Assembly (NCBI GenBank): GCA_050084985.1 | Contig: JBITNC010000002.1 | Location: 29,140,001-29,204,000 of the forward strand | Reading direction: 5' to 3' | Source: Nageia nagi | Lineage: Eukaryota > Plantae > Pinophyta | Length of the DNA: 64,000 bases | In this document: piece by piece, positions 24,852-37,600 of the stretch | Position numbering within the stretch: position 1 is the stretch's first letter | How the letters are laid out: each line of letters begins with the position of its first letter | Program-made: the position numbers and the translations under genes | Notes under the pieces: generated by a model | What the model was told of the DNA's origin: nothing | The model's database searches: none | What the model saw: the letters and a program-made list of their open reading frames with translations, nothing else

Positions 24852-27223
24852 TATAAGATTGCAAATCCAAAATTGTATTAATTCCAAATCTTGAATATTA
24901 CATCCACACTACTTCAATAAATACATAAAAAAGTGACTTGTCTCTTCACCTTCTAAAGGTGACTCTTGGACTTCCTATATAGTTTTCATATTCACCTTAG
25001 TACACACCTAGAAGTTACAATAATATCTAAATCTGAAAATACAGATATTTGTAACATATGATCCCTAATATTAATATTTTATAATTAACCTTAATCCCTA
25101 AAGATTAGGTTTCCAACATCCCACCCTTTTTCGAAAAGAAATGAAGAAAGGGATAAAAACAAAAAGGATGCCTCAAGGTGTATACAACATTATCCTTCAT
25201 CAATAAATATAATTATATACCTCAAGGATTAAGATTATGTTCCTTCCTTAATTGAAAGGAGTAAAAGATGTTGCATGATTAATCTTCTTTATAAATTTTT
25301 CTATTGCAATGTGCAATAATGGTGTGGGTGGTCTTCTCTTTAGCAGTCTCCTATGAATTAAGAATGAACTTGATGTGATGACTCATAGAAGCATAGATCA
25401 AGATGGAGGCCTTAAAAAATGAGTGCAAAATAATACTTTCAAAAATTACAACTAATAGAGGAATCAAAATTCATCCGTCTACATTTATGTGGATGATGAT
25501 CACAATTGTATTCAATGTAACCTTTGTAATTGGCTTCAAGATGCCTCCTTACAAGTCTTAAACACCATTGTGCATCAAACAAGTACTCAAGGAAAACGTG
25601 GGAAGCTAAAACATCAAATGTCAAAGGCTTGAATTCACAAATAACCTGCAAAAGTGCAAGGTAGAAATCATAACCAACTTACAAACTCAACAAAAAAGTG
25701 GTTTCAAATGAAAATTCACCTTAATCAACAATTGCAAGAACGTTGGTACTCTAGTGATAGGGTTGTAGAAACATTGACATTGGCTAGACAAGGACCAACA
25801 ACATTCTAGTGATAGGGTCGTAGAAACGTTGACGTTGGCTAGACAAGTACCAACAACAAAGTTGTCACACCCAAGGGCATTTGACAAACAGTGCAGACAA
25901 GGCGAACAATGGTGATGTGGCACAATCAACATACCACTCAACACAGTCAATATGTGAGCGTTATGAAGTCCAGTAAGCAACACTAAAGGTAGGCGTAATT
26001 GAACACAAGTGTTGCATTGATAGGTGAGTGTTCTAAAAACAAAACTGAAAAAGTGTGTTGAACAGGTGCAGAGGGGATCTGAACAGACGCATCAAGGAGA
26101 AGGATAGTCAAACAATCAACCAAATCAGTAGGGATGATGGTTGAAGGCAAACCAAGCAACAACTTGATCCAAAATAGGAGGTTGAATAACAATCATACAT
26201 ATAAGATTGTGGATGAACACTTGTGGATAAGTGAGCCATGACGAAAGAAGGTCAATCAATTTTTCTTCACACAAAACAAATATACTACCACAAAATCAGA
26301 AAATGTAGCCTTTGTATGGAAATACTTGTAGCCACTAACCAACAAAACAACCAACAACAACGTAAATCGTGAAAAATTTCATGCACAGTTGAAATTTTAC
26401 ACATAGACCAGTAAACTACAAACATGAGTGAGCAAATGTGGAATGAAGGTGTTGATGTCACCAATGCGAGCGCTGATGAACAGGTTTGAAAGGAGAGTTG
26501 AACCAACAAAATTGCTCCACAGAAACTACAAATAGTGAACTAGGAATGGAAGCGGTCCAAATCAAAACTTGATATTTGAGGTAGCCAAAACCATAGAATT
26601 TGTGTTTAAAAACCAATTGATGGCTACTGAATAGGTATGGAAGATTTTTACTAGACAAATAGTCCACGGGGAGTTCCAAACTAGAGGAAAATTGGAAGCA
26701 AACAATGAACTGATGATTTTCGCTGAATAGATTCAACTAGGCTCCACACCAAAAGCTTCTAAGGACGAAAAATGCTCCACAAATTTTAAACAATCGCCAT
26801 AAATTAAACAATAGAACATTGACCAGGAAATATTAGTGATCGAAGACATAATGTGGGTGTTGAAGTAGCCATCACGTAACGCAAGCCTTCAAAAATTAGC
26901 CACCTCAATGAAGAAAGAAGTTATTTCGGATTGGTAAAAAAACTCCAAATCCAATAAAAGATTGCAAATCCAAATGTGTATTAACTCCAAATCTTGAATA
27001 TTACATCCACACTACTTTAATAAATACAAAGAAAAATGACCTATCACTTCACCCTCTAAAAGTGATTTGTGGACTTCCTATAGATTCTTCATATTCAACT
27101 TCCTACACACCTAGAAGTTAGGATAATATTAAAATTCGAAAATACAAATATTTCTGAGTTATGACTCTTAATATTAATATTTTTATAAATTAAGCTTAAT
27201 CCCTAAGGATTAGGTCTCCAACG
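24852..27223 (-). mobile_element. Non-autonomous LTR element (TRIM/LARD-like)
   Basis: Diverged ~267-bp direct repeats at 24852-25118 and 26955-27223, starting TGTTGG on the minus strand; PPT rc AAAAAAGGGTGGGA at 25119-25132; no recognisable gag/pol inside; internal 55-bp tandem duplication at ~25750-25858. Confidence 0.8.
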
Positions 27224-28299
27224 CTATTGCCATATCATAGTGTTCATTTATGTCACTTGCCCCTTCTTATGTCCACTACCATCAGGCACCTACCCAACGA
27301 GCCTTAAATTAATGAAGAAAGAAAGGTTGTTTGATAAACTTGTTGACGAGAAGTTGTTTGATCAACAATTATGGAAAAGTATATTGATACTTAACAAGAA
27401 TAAAGATTAATCTCTCAACCCATTATTTATTTGGTAGATGAGAAAAATGTTATTGGTTTGATCCACTTGCACCTGGCCCTTGAGCACCTTAAGGTATTTT
27501 TGTCGAGCTCAAAGCTCCACTCCAACCCCTAGTGATGCCCTTAACATATTGTCGTGAGGTAGTGGAATCTTTGTAACACATGTAACAATGATTTTCAAAA
27601 CAAAATCAATGGGTCTTTTTTTTCAATGGTGTTTGTTGCATTGTTGTTTCCTTTGAGTTTTTGGAATAGAGGTACATATTGGTATTAAGGTTGAGCTATA
27701 TTGGGAATTATATGATTGGGACATATCAAGGATAAAGGACTTCAATGTTTCGTGTAACACAAATTAGTTACTCTATTTTGAAACATATTATTTATATCTT
27801 GAACATTATCCTCAACCTCCTCAAACCATCTAATCTACTAGAAAGTTTCTTTGTACATTGTTGGTGGCTATATATTTATCCTAATGGGGCTTTAAATATG
27901 GATCTCTATGGCTCCTATGGAAGAACCTTCGAGTTAGAAATATTGACTAATAGATATTAATCTTATAAGAATCAAACTAATATTATGTTTTAGGGTTTGT
28001 TGTCAATTATGGAATCAAATTATTGATTTTCCTTTTACATTGTTGGCTAATGCTCGTGAAGAGTATTATGATACATGTATGCATTTGGTTGGAGTTTTTC
28101 GAAAAATGGGAGGATATAGATTGTTCCAAATCAATATGGAATTGCTACCTCATGCTCGTTCTCTGTTTTTGTCATGGTTGCTAATAGAGTAGTACAAATT
28201 ATTTTTAGTTCAATAAAAATTGAAAGGTAGGATAGCTTGTTCATCAATCTCTCGTATGCTATATTTTGTCCCTCTTTAGGCAAGAGTAGGAAAAGGAGT

Positions 28300-29900
28300 T
28301 AAATGAATGACAATGAGGTTTTAGTCTTGAGGTTTTAGGTCATTTTAAAAGAGTGAATGGGCACTTCTCTTTCCCCCACACTAATTTTTTCATCCTTTGC
28401 CTGAGATTAGTAATGTGGAAAGGGAGTAGAGCAAATGTCCACATATCTTAACATAGGTAGACCAACCTTCTTGGATGCTGAATGCTGAATGCTTGATGGC
28501 TATTGCTTGAGATGCATGATGATGATTCTTATGTTGAATGCAAAGGTATTATTGTTTGGTAGGTACTAACTTGGATGCCAATGCAAAATCATTATTTTTT
28601 CTAGTGGTTTTACTTTATCAAAATAAGGAACACAATGTCATGACTCCTTCTCTTGCCTTTAATAAAAAAATTAGGTTATTTTCTATTATGAAATGTAATT
28701 ATTAGTAGATTGGGACCCATGGGACTTGCTAAAGCAAGATAAATGGGAATTTCCCAATTTGAAAACTTTTTAAAAAGTTTTTCCTGTAGATTCCAATATG
28801 ATTACGTTGAAGTCTCTCTTATAACCTTTCAAGAGGAGTTTTGACTAAACCAATTCATTATAGTAGTTAAGGGTCACAAAATAGCTACCTAATCTTTGTG
28901 AGAGCCATATCTAGGTATATGTAGATGGATGAAATGATCCTACAAAGATAAGCTTTAATTGCTGATCCTCCAGCTAATAAGCATTAGAAGATGGTTCAAT
29001 CTCAACCAATGGGCAGCTTGACTCCCATGATTCATCTCTTGTTGCTTGACCACATGATTCAAATATTTGCAAGCTAACCTAAGTCCAGAGTGTTTGTGGC
29101 AAACTTGCAAAGCTATGTGCACGTGTCTATAGTAAATTGATTCTTAATGGTGCAACATCTAACAAAATGAGGGGGAAGGTGAACTTCCAAACATTTTAGA
29201 GCTTGAAGGTTTGTATAGAATCCAACTAAATCATTGGCATTGGTTTGCTATCCTTTGGTTGGCTTGTTCAGGATCTTCTAAAACCAACTATGTGAATGAG
29301 GGATACGCGACATCAATTAGGTTGCATCAAATTGACCACATTACAACAATCAAGCCAGTCCAAATCAGGTAGCCCAAATCATCATACAAGAAGGCCTAGC
29401 TCAATGTCATTGACAAGGGGAGAATAGGAGAGCAAAATTGGATTAAAAAAAATTCTTGTTGTTGATTGGCATAGTGACACATTGAGCTAGTTTGCCAAAT
29501 TGATCGACGAAGTAATGCGATGCATCCAAACAACCTAGCTGTTTGATTTATGCCCTCACCCCTCTTCTCGTTTGACTCCATTCTAGACTAAATGAATTTT
29601 GATTTTGAGCCCTTCTGTTTTGCTCTAGATATTTGAGTCCTCTCTTGTTGGCCGCTCAGCGTTTTGAGCAACAATATTGGTTGGGTGCATGAATGACCTC
29701 CCTTGCGATGCACCTTCAAATAAAGTTTATGTTGCGTATGGTTCAACTTTCTTCATAATGAGATTGAGAAATGGAATGAATGGATAGAAGTATTTTGTCT
29801 TTTCCAAGAAAGCTTGATATCATGAAAGAGTGCATTCAGCCTTTTAGAGTCTTGCATCAACCCCTCGACTAACAAACTTCAAAGCTTTTAAGATGCTATT
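28300..29900 (+). mobile_element. Heavily decayed LTR-retrotransposon remnant (possibly gypsy)
   Basis: Only weak integrase-like traces; no intact termini found. Confidence 0.3.
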
Positions 29901-31099
29901 TTGAGTGGTAATTTTTTTTTTTGTATTAGGCCCAGAGGTTTTAAGGTCGTCAATGTTTTACAAAATAGTCTGTATAAGATCAGCCTGTGTAAGTCCTATT
30001 CACCATATATTGCTACCTAAATACAATTTATTTATCGTTAAAACTTAACAAAAAGCATAAATAGAAACATAACAATTTTAACTTTTGCTTTTATCCTTAG
30101 TCTTGGATTGTTCCCCTTCCTCCCATTCATCAACATGCTTCAGAAACTCTGCTGAAGCTTTAATATGCATTGCTACCTCTGCCACTAATAGGTTCAGGCA
30201 CGCCATTATGGTTCTCAAGGTTCAAGATAGTTCTGCCAGTAATTTGTAATTGACCTTGGCTTATTCCACCACGTACTTCCTTGGGTCTGTTGACGAATCA
30301 TCCTCCTTCCCCTTTGGTATTGGCGGGGTAGGGATTCTTTTGACTGCTTCATCTGCTACCTCTTGTAGGTTCACCGCCTTCTGTGAAGATGTCTCCTGCC
30401 CCTCTGCTACCTCCTGTGCTCCGGCTGCCTCTTGCTCCATTGCTGCCTTCTTTACCTCAACATCCTTTTTAATCGTAGGCACCTCCTGGTCCAAATCTTC
30501 CTCCTCTGATTCATTGCTATAGTCCACTAGTTTCTTTCTGACACCTTTCGTAATTCTTGCAAACCTGTTGTACCCTTTAGTCGATTCCTCCTCAATGGTG
30601 ACCTTCCTCCTTTTACCTAGAGGAGTTTCGCAATCTTCCTCCCCTGAATCGAAAACCTCCTGAATTGCTGCTTCCTTTCACTTATTAGATCCACCCATTT
30701 TCCTTCCAGCCCCAAGGGGTAGTTGGGGTCGGGAGAGTGGGAGGCCGCATCTCCTCAGAGTCCCTAATTCAAAGAGCAGGGCTTGTTGGGTCACACAGAG
30801 GGCAGAAATGACACTCCCACTTCCACTCCCACGAAGCTTACAATGCATCAAGCTCTTCATTCTATTGCCTGCATGAGAATGATACCCTAGTTCAAAGGGC
30901 AGGGCCAAAATGACACTCCCATTCCCGCACAGCTTACAAGCCTTTCACTCTATTGGTTACATGAGAACTAGACCCTCTTTTAGGTCCCTTTCACGATAGA
31001 CCTGTTGTTCGATCCTACCTACTAATACCGCCATTTAATTGATTAAGATGACTATTGGGCTGCTGCTGTTGATTCACATGATTCATAGCGCTCACATCA

Positions 31100-32400
31100 C
31101 TAAGTGTTGGGGAACTTAGGCCTGAAGCATCTGGTCTACAGCCATAACCACTTCCAAAGAATCAATTCTTTGTCGGGGCTCCATTAAATATGAGAAACTG
31201 CATTGTTCTCATACATTAAAGCTTACCTTCAATCAAACCCTTTATGACTAAAGCTGTACCAATAATGTTAGGTTTTCAATAATGGCTGGAGGGCTCTAAC
31301 AAAGTTAGATCCACTAAAATGCAAAACTTGAATGTGCATTATTAAAAAGGTCGACATGAATGCCCAAGATATATAATTGTAAAGCTTTGCTTGGGATCTT
31401 ATTGTGATTGACATTTGTGCATGATCCCATTTAATGCTACTCCACCAAAAATCATATTTTAACTCTTTTCAACATCACATCATGTCTAGTCTTTGGGATT
31501 CACTCAGTTGACCTTTCCCTTATGGTAGCGCCGTTGGTATGATGATGAAAATAAAACTTTACATTGTAGTCTTCATTGTGTTTTAGCTCATGAGCCTGCT
31601 TCCATCCCATCTGTTCATTGGGAAACCATTGTCTTCTCTGGCGCAAGAATCAAGAATTCTTGCCTTCAGGTGTCATGAGTATTTTGCGATGCTTTATGCT
31701 ACAGTATTGAATATGAAGCTTTCTGATTATTTTGGAGTAGGATGGGAGTAGAGCAAAATGACATGTAGGTTTCAGTAGTAATTGTTAGACGAATGGCCAC
31801 ATTTTACCCATTGAGTTATCATTGAGAATGTTTGTGTGTGAGCTAACATTGAGGAGGCTTGTGTGTGGTCATCTTTTGTTAGCTGTTGACTTCAGAAAGG
31901 CTTTTGATATAGTTTATAACTTTATAGGCATTGGTCATTTCTGCAGCTTCAATTCATTGACATTTCAGTGCCTTCCCTCACTAGCTTCATGAGAGCATAA
32001 CTCTGGCTACTGCTCAAGTGCAGAATTATTGGCTCTTCATTAATCCAGTTCAGCTTCCTCTCTCATTTACAAACCAAGCTATCTGCATAAACACACATTA
32101 CTGGATTCATATTATCTTCTACAAGATTTTTGGTTTCGGATGGCATAAGAATATCAAGGTGTTGCATTACAGAATTGCCTTGCCAGGTCCACTTAACCTT
32201 GACCACTCTCCAACAGGCATTACCAGATCATATGCCGGATCTTTTGAGTTGCTTGATGATGTTGTTGTGGCCTCTACTCTGCAGCAGTTCCCATATATAG
32301 ATCCAAGTTTGCCTTATGCATTGCTCTCATTGGAATTATCACATGTTACTCAAACATTGCCTGTATATTATTTTTAATTCATTTGTCTATTGGTTTTTCG
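31100..32400 (+). mobile_element. Decayed RTE-like non-LTR retrotransposon reverse-transcriptase fragment
   Basis: FAMLYATVLNMKLS...RAK*HVGFSS..GHILP..VIIE...AVDFRKAFDIV (31683-31914) and LLDDVV (~32250) correspond to RT motifs QAGFR, DHI, FVDFRKAFD and YADD. Confidence 0.7.
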
Positions 32401-32690
32401 ATTAAGAGTCCGTTTTGGGCTAATACAGTTTGGAAACAAACATTCTCATTTAATCCCATTGACCTTCTTTGGCCATCTGTGGACATTAATAGAATTTGTT
32501 TCTTTTCTTCTTCTGGCTTGGTGAGGATTAAGAGAAAATGATGCTTCATTTTGCTTTCTCAATTTAAGGGTTCATAGAGGTTATGTAAAGTCATCCCTTG
32601 TTTTTGAAAGATTCAACGGAAACTTCCAGGTATTCCCTTTTTGACTCCCCTTATTTCTTGAAAAAATTGTTTGGTTTAGTATTTAAATAT

Positions 32691-33704
32691 AGGGAAAATA
32701 TCCAAAATACCTCTACAATTTTAAGTAATATCGAAAATGTCCCTATTTTTTCATAAATATTCAAAATACCCCTAGATACAACATCTGTTCAGGGGATGGA
32801 TTTGGAGAACCCAACGTCACATGATCAGAACTGGAGATTGAGCTCTGGCAAGATGGCTCATATGGAATCCTACATCCCCATGCTCTTGCGACCACCTTTG
32901 CTTCTGTCATGTCGAATTCTTTGCACATGAACCACCTCCAGAGTCCACCTCTATCATTATACTACTCCCACATTCTTATGTTTATGGGGTGAACAATGCA
33001 TTTTCATGCCTATCGTGTCTAACTCGTAGCTCCCCAAAGAATCCTCCTCTTCTTTATTCCTCTCTGCAAAATTCGACACAATGTGAAGAACAACTGTATC
33101 ATACATCATCCGGTCATCCTGGCTATGGCCTTCTCCAATCGCCCCATTCTGCAGGAAGTCGTGGTGTTCAACGCCATGGCTACTCGGATAATGCTACTTG
33201 CTGGGGAACCATGCAGTCACCACCGTCTTGGCGTAATGTTAATCTATAAATTACAACAGAGTAGTCATCCACCTCCACGTGAATCCATACTATATGATAA
33301 TTCAAATGCACATAGTATAACCATTTCTTGTTGGTGCTTCGCTGATTTTATTTTGGGAGTTGGGAATTTGGAAGTATGTTCTACTTGTCGGTGAACATTA
33401 TTTTCCTTGCACACTCATGATAATCACATAATATCCTGTTAGACATTATAAGCTAATGTCATGGTCGATCCCCTTGAATTTCGTTGCCATGATAATCCGC
33501 TGGAACATATGGATGTTTAGTACAACTAATTGATTCCCTCAGATGTGCGTAGGGGTCGGGGGTCGGTAGTGTGGAGGCCAGATAGCCTTTCCTCCAAATT
33601 CACGTGTAGAAGTTGTATTTCAGGGGTATTTTTGATATTTGTGAAAAAATAAGGGTATTTTTGATATTACCCCAAATTACAGGGGTATTTTGGATATTTT
33701 CCCT
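32691..33704. mobile_element. Mutator-like (MULE) non-autonomous element, candidate Pack-MULE
   Basis: ~95-bp imperfect TIRs (AGGGAAAATATCCAAAATACC... / ...GGTATTTTGGATATTTTCCCT) built of repeated AAAATACCC units; ~800-bp GC-richer interior; TSD degenerate. Confidence 0.8.
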
Positions 33705-34055
33705 TTCAAGTTCTTTATTTATACCTTGTCTGTATAGATAATTTTGCATTCAGGACTCTTGCCGGCTATCTAATAGGCAATTCGACCATGGTTAGATGAT
33801 GAATTCTACTCAATATTTATGTTAATTTTAACTTTTTGTAAAGAATGATATAGCTAAAGCCTGTACACTATTTTTCTTTAATGACCATAAATGGTAAAAA
33901 TTAATATTTAGGTCATGCTCGTCTTGCACAAGGTGGTGTTTAAAGTCTCTGATTTTACCTTTTTAATGTGGTGACAGTTCTAGCAAGAAGATGTTCTGTT
34001 TATTCCTGTAAGTCTTTTGTAACTACCGTGGAAAAATATCAACCTGTCAGATGTT

Positions 34056-34280
34056 CTGTTTATGTTCATTAGTGTTGCTTCTTTAATTGTAAAGTTATGC
34101 TCCTATAAGCTACGAACTATTTAGTGCAATAAATGGAATCGTTTTTTTAATTTTTAACCATGTATTACTGTTTATGTTCATTAGTGTTGCTTCTTTAATT
34201 GTAAAGTTATGCTCCTATAAGCTACGAACTATTTAGTGCAATAAATGGAATCGTTTTTTTAATTTTTAACCATGTATTAC
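34056..34280 (+). repeat. Near-perfect 112/113-bp tandem duplication just upstream of the last SCC2 acceptor
   Basis: Copies 34056-34167 and 34168-34280 differ only by one T in a T-run. Confidence 0.92.
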
Positions 34281-34293
34281 TCTTGTCTACCAG

Positions 34294-34602
34294 GAGTTTA
34301 AAAGGCTTTTAAAGGAAGATTCTGTGGACTACTCTACTTACACAGCTAATATCCCAAAAAAACGATCCCGCACTGTAGCTGCACAAACAGACACCACTAA
34401 GGGTGTTCAGACAAATGGTTATCTACATGCAAGAAGTCTCCGAGCAAAGGTGGGTTCTGCCTTGCATACAAATAACAAAGCTGGTTCCGGAGAAAGTGAA
34501 AATGAAGATGACTATGATGATGAAGATTGGGTTGTACGAGGGCAGAAGCACCGGCGATTTAGCAATGGTGGACGGGGCAGGGGCAAGAAGCAATCATTGT
34601 AA
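34294..34602 (+). CDS. SCC2: SCC2 terminal exon 18
   Basis: taccag acceptor; EFKRLLKEDSVDYSTYTANIPKKR... continues the plant YQEFK.ALKED.VDYSTYTANI.RKR motif; acidic/basic tail; TAA stop at 34600-34602. Confidence 0.92.
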   Translation, partial: EFKRLLKEDSVDYSTYTANIPKKRSRTVAAQTDTTKGVQTNGYLHARSLRAKVGSALHTNNKAGSGESENEDDYDDEDWVVRGQKHRRFSNGGRGRGKKQSL

Positions 34603-37600
34603 CATAGTCTAAATTGTCCAGAAGATTGCTTCCCAAAATACATGGGGCAACTGACACAATTTTGACTCTTGTATACTATGTAGGAGCCACATGTCAACCT
34701 ATTCTTATAGTAGCCACTATCATGGCTCATGTAAAATCTTTCAAATTTAACAGAATCAATAATAGATAGGATTCTTAGGGTAATTAGTGATTGCAGGGGC
34801 TGTCCTCTACTTGAGTAGAGGACCACTAATTTGTGTAAATTCATTGATGATATAGGTCTTGATCTCTTGGACTTGTTTCTCTGTACCAGTCAGGATTCAG
34901 AGAGCCATGATGTATGTATTCTCTTCTAGAAGGCAGTTGATTTACAGCCACTGCCTTATGTGAATGAAGTATGTAGCTGATATGGGAGAGGAGTATGCTG
35001 ATCGTCCCTCCTTTAGCTCCTACGAGTGGAAGGTCTGTTAGTTTGTACAAGAAACTTAAAAGAGAAAATTCTTTGTAAACTTCCAATTCTTTTCTGATAG
35101 CATATTGTCATTTGCCATGTTAGAAGAATCCTTCAAACAAGGTTAGTGTTTCGAGCTTCCATATCCTTTCTGGAAGTTCAAATGAATGCCTTGAAAATAA
35201 ATTCATTGAATCCTGAAATATGTATTATGCATGTAACACCATTTTTTTTTTCTGGTATTGCACTCATAATAAGCCCTTCTATTGAGAATTGTTGTTAAAA
35301 GTTGCCAATTACCAATAATACATACATAGAATATACATAATGGTAGCCTGAAAAGGTCTCTTGTCTTGTGTTAGTTTAGATAATGATTATGAAGAGGCAT
35401 AACTGGATATGAAGCCATACTCCGTATACAAACATTACCAAATTTCTGTAGGTTCTAAAGTTGTAAAATTGCCAGTTACAACAGGAAATGTGTTTATACA
35501 AAATATTGTGATACAATGTTGGAGCATTTTAAAGTCACAATATTTCAGATGGAAGGATTGGTTTTCTATTTAAAATGTTATTTCATGGATGTCCTGGTTA
35601 ACCTACATGAATTCATCATATATATATTTTTAAGTGATAAAACCATATGCACCAAACTCAAGAATCTCTTAAAATTATTTTCAACTTCAAATCATGGAAT
35701 TTATTAGTTTTCCCATATGGATTGGTTATGTTAAGTGTGGTGTTCATAAAGAATAAAAAACGATCTTCCTTAACCAGTTAATGTTTGAGACTGCAATGCA
35801 TCCGAATAATTATTGGATTATGATTAATATCTCAAACAGACTATATACCATCTTCGTAGCTATATTGAACGATTCGGTTGAATTTCACACCTTGAAATTT
35901 ACACAATATTCTTGTTACCTTGACACGAAGAATGTAATGGAGGTGGAGATTATATGACATACGTATTTAAATGAAGTGATAAAGCTAATTCTAAATATAG
36001 TAAACTTTGCTGTGATTTTTCCCTTACTTCTTTTAAGCTATTTGACATCATTCATCTTTTTGAAGTGAAATATATTACAAAGCATTGGTATATCTTTTGA
36101 GCAATGCTTATTTGTATTGTATTGTTGAATTCTGTAATAAGTATGCCAATCTACATCAATGCTAAGTTTAATAATAAAAATTGGGTTACATTTTGTTTTT
36201 CAAGATTTTTTTTTTTGTTTTGATAAAATCATTTATGCGGGTCAATTTCTTGGAATTAGATTCTGTGTTTGAAGGACTTTCTTCTGTTGAAGTCATTCGA
36301 GAGTTGCACCCAATCTCATCCACGCTAACATGATGTGAGGGAGGAGAGTTTTGAACTTCGACCTCCCTTTTTCAAGTTTTACCTTCCCATTCCTCTCCAA
36401 CTCTTTTCACATCATTGGATGTTTTTCAAGATTTAGAAATTAAAATATGGAGGTATATATTCATTTTAATTTTGGTAAATATTTTTTCATTTTAATTTGT
36501 AACTTTATTATAAATTTGTTTAATATTTGATGATATTATCTCTAATGAATAAAGCTTTGAGCATTTTAATTATATTCAAAATTTTTAGGCAATAGAGATG
36601 AGGTGAATTGTTACACTCTCCAATGCTTGTTAGTTTGTTTCTTGATTTCCATTCTTTTTAGGCAACTTGGTAAGTGACAATTATTCTTGCTAGTTTTTAT
36701 GAATTGGTGTGGGGAGTTGAAGTCGCATAAAAATTGTGGTGGCAATTCTCTTTGTTACTAAAAAAAAAATCTTTTACCATGTTAATTATGTTACATTATT
36801 GATAATACTATATTATATGAAAAATGATTAACAAAACTTAATTATTATAAATGATATTGGACCATAGGTTTAAGATGTCCTTTTATTCAATTCCATTGTA
36901 TTAATTTCAATTTAATATCTTGAATTCAAAAAAAAAAAAAATTCTAATGATTGTATAAATATTTAAATTTTAGATCTCAAAATAAATTTTTGAAAAAAAG
37001 TTCTTATCAAATTTTAAAAAAGTACCCAAATTTAATCTTAGATTTGTATGAAAAATACTTTGTTTTCTTTAAGATTCACTTTTCTTGTTGGAACAATGAT
37101 GATACATTTGATATTCTGATGATTTGATTAGAGATTTTGAAAATATCAAACATCAAATAATTTCACATCAACATCAAGATATGAGGTGAAAGCATGAACA
37201 ATGGTGCACAATAATATTCCTCAAAGAATTCCATCAAATTAATATGATAAGTGATTATTGCTAATATTCCTTATAAGAATCGAGGCACATTAAGTCTAAA
37301 GAGATCTCTATAATATGAGATAATGGTTTAGGCTTGTTAAGATCTGGTGAATGATCCATACTTTTTAATATCTAAGATGGATATGAAACAAATTTTTGGT
37401 GGGTATACATACATGTTCCCCAACACCAAGCAATATCACATGGACTACATCAAATGAATGAACCATTGACTACATTACATGGATAATCAATGTCCATAAT
37501 AAATTTATAACAATAAATGATTTATACTATCAAGATTTGTATTATTAAGAAAATTCCAAAGTTCGTTTCTCAAAATATTTGTAATGGCCACCTAAGAGCA

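Noticed and set aside
29933-31053. Possible hAT element enclosing the acidic ORF (flanks ATTAGGCC / ATTGGGCT)
   Set aside because: The right-hand TIR matches poorly, and a 6/8 flank match alone could be chance.
33110-33150. AFSNRP motif suggesting a cytochrome P450 donor for the MULE cargo
   Set aside because: Too short, and the flanking residues do not fit a P450.
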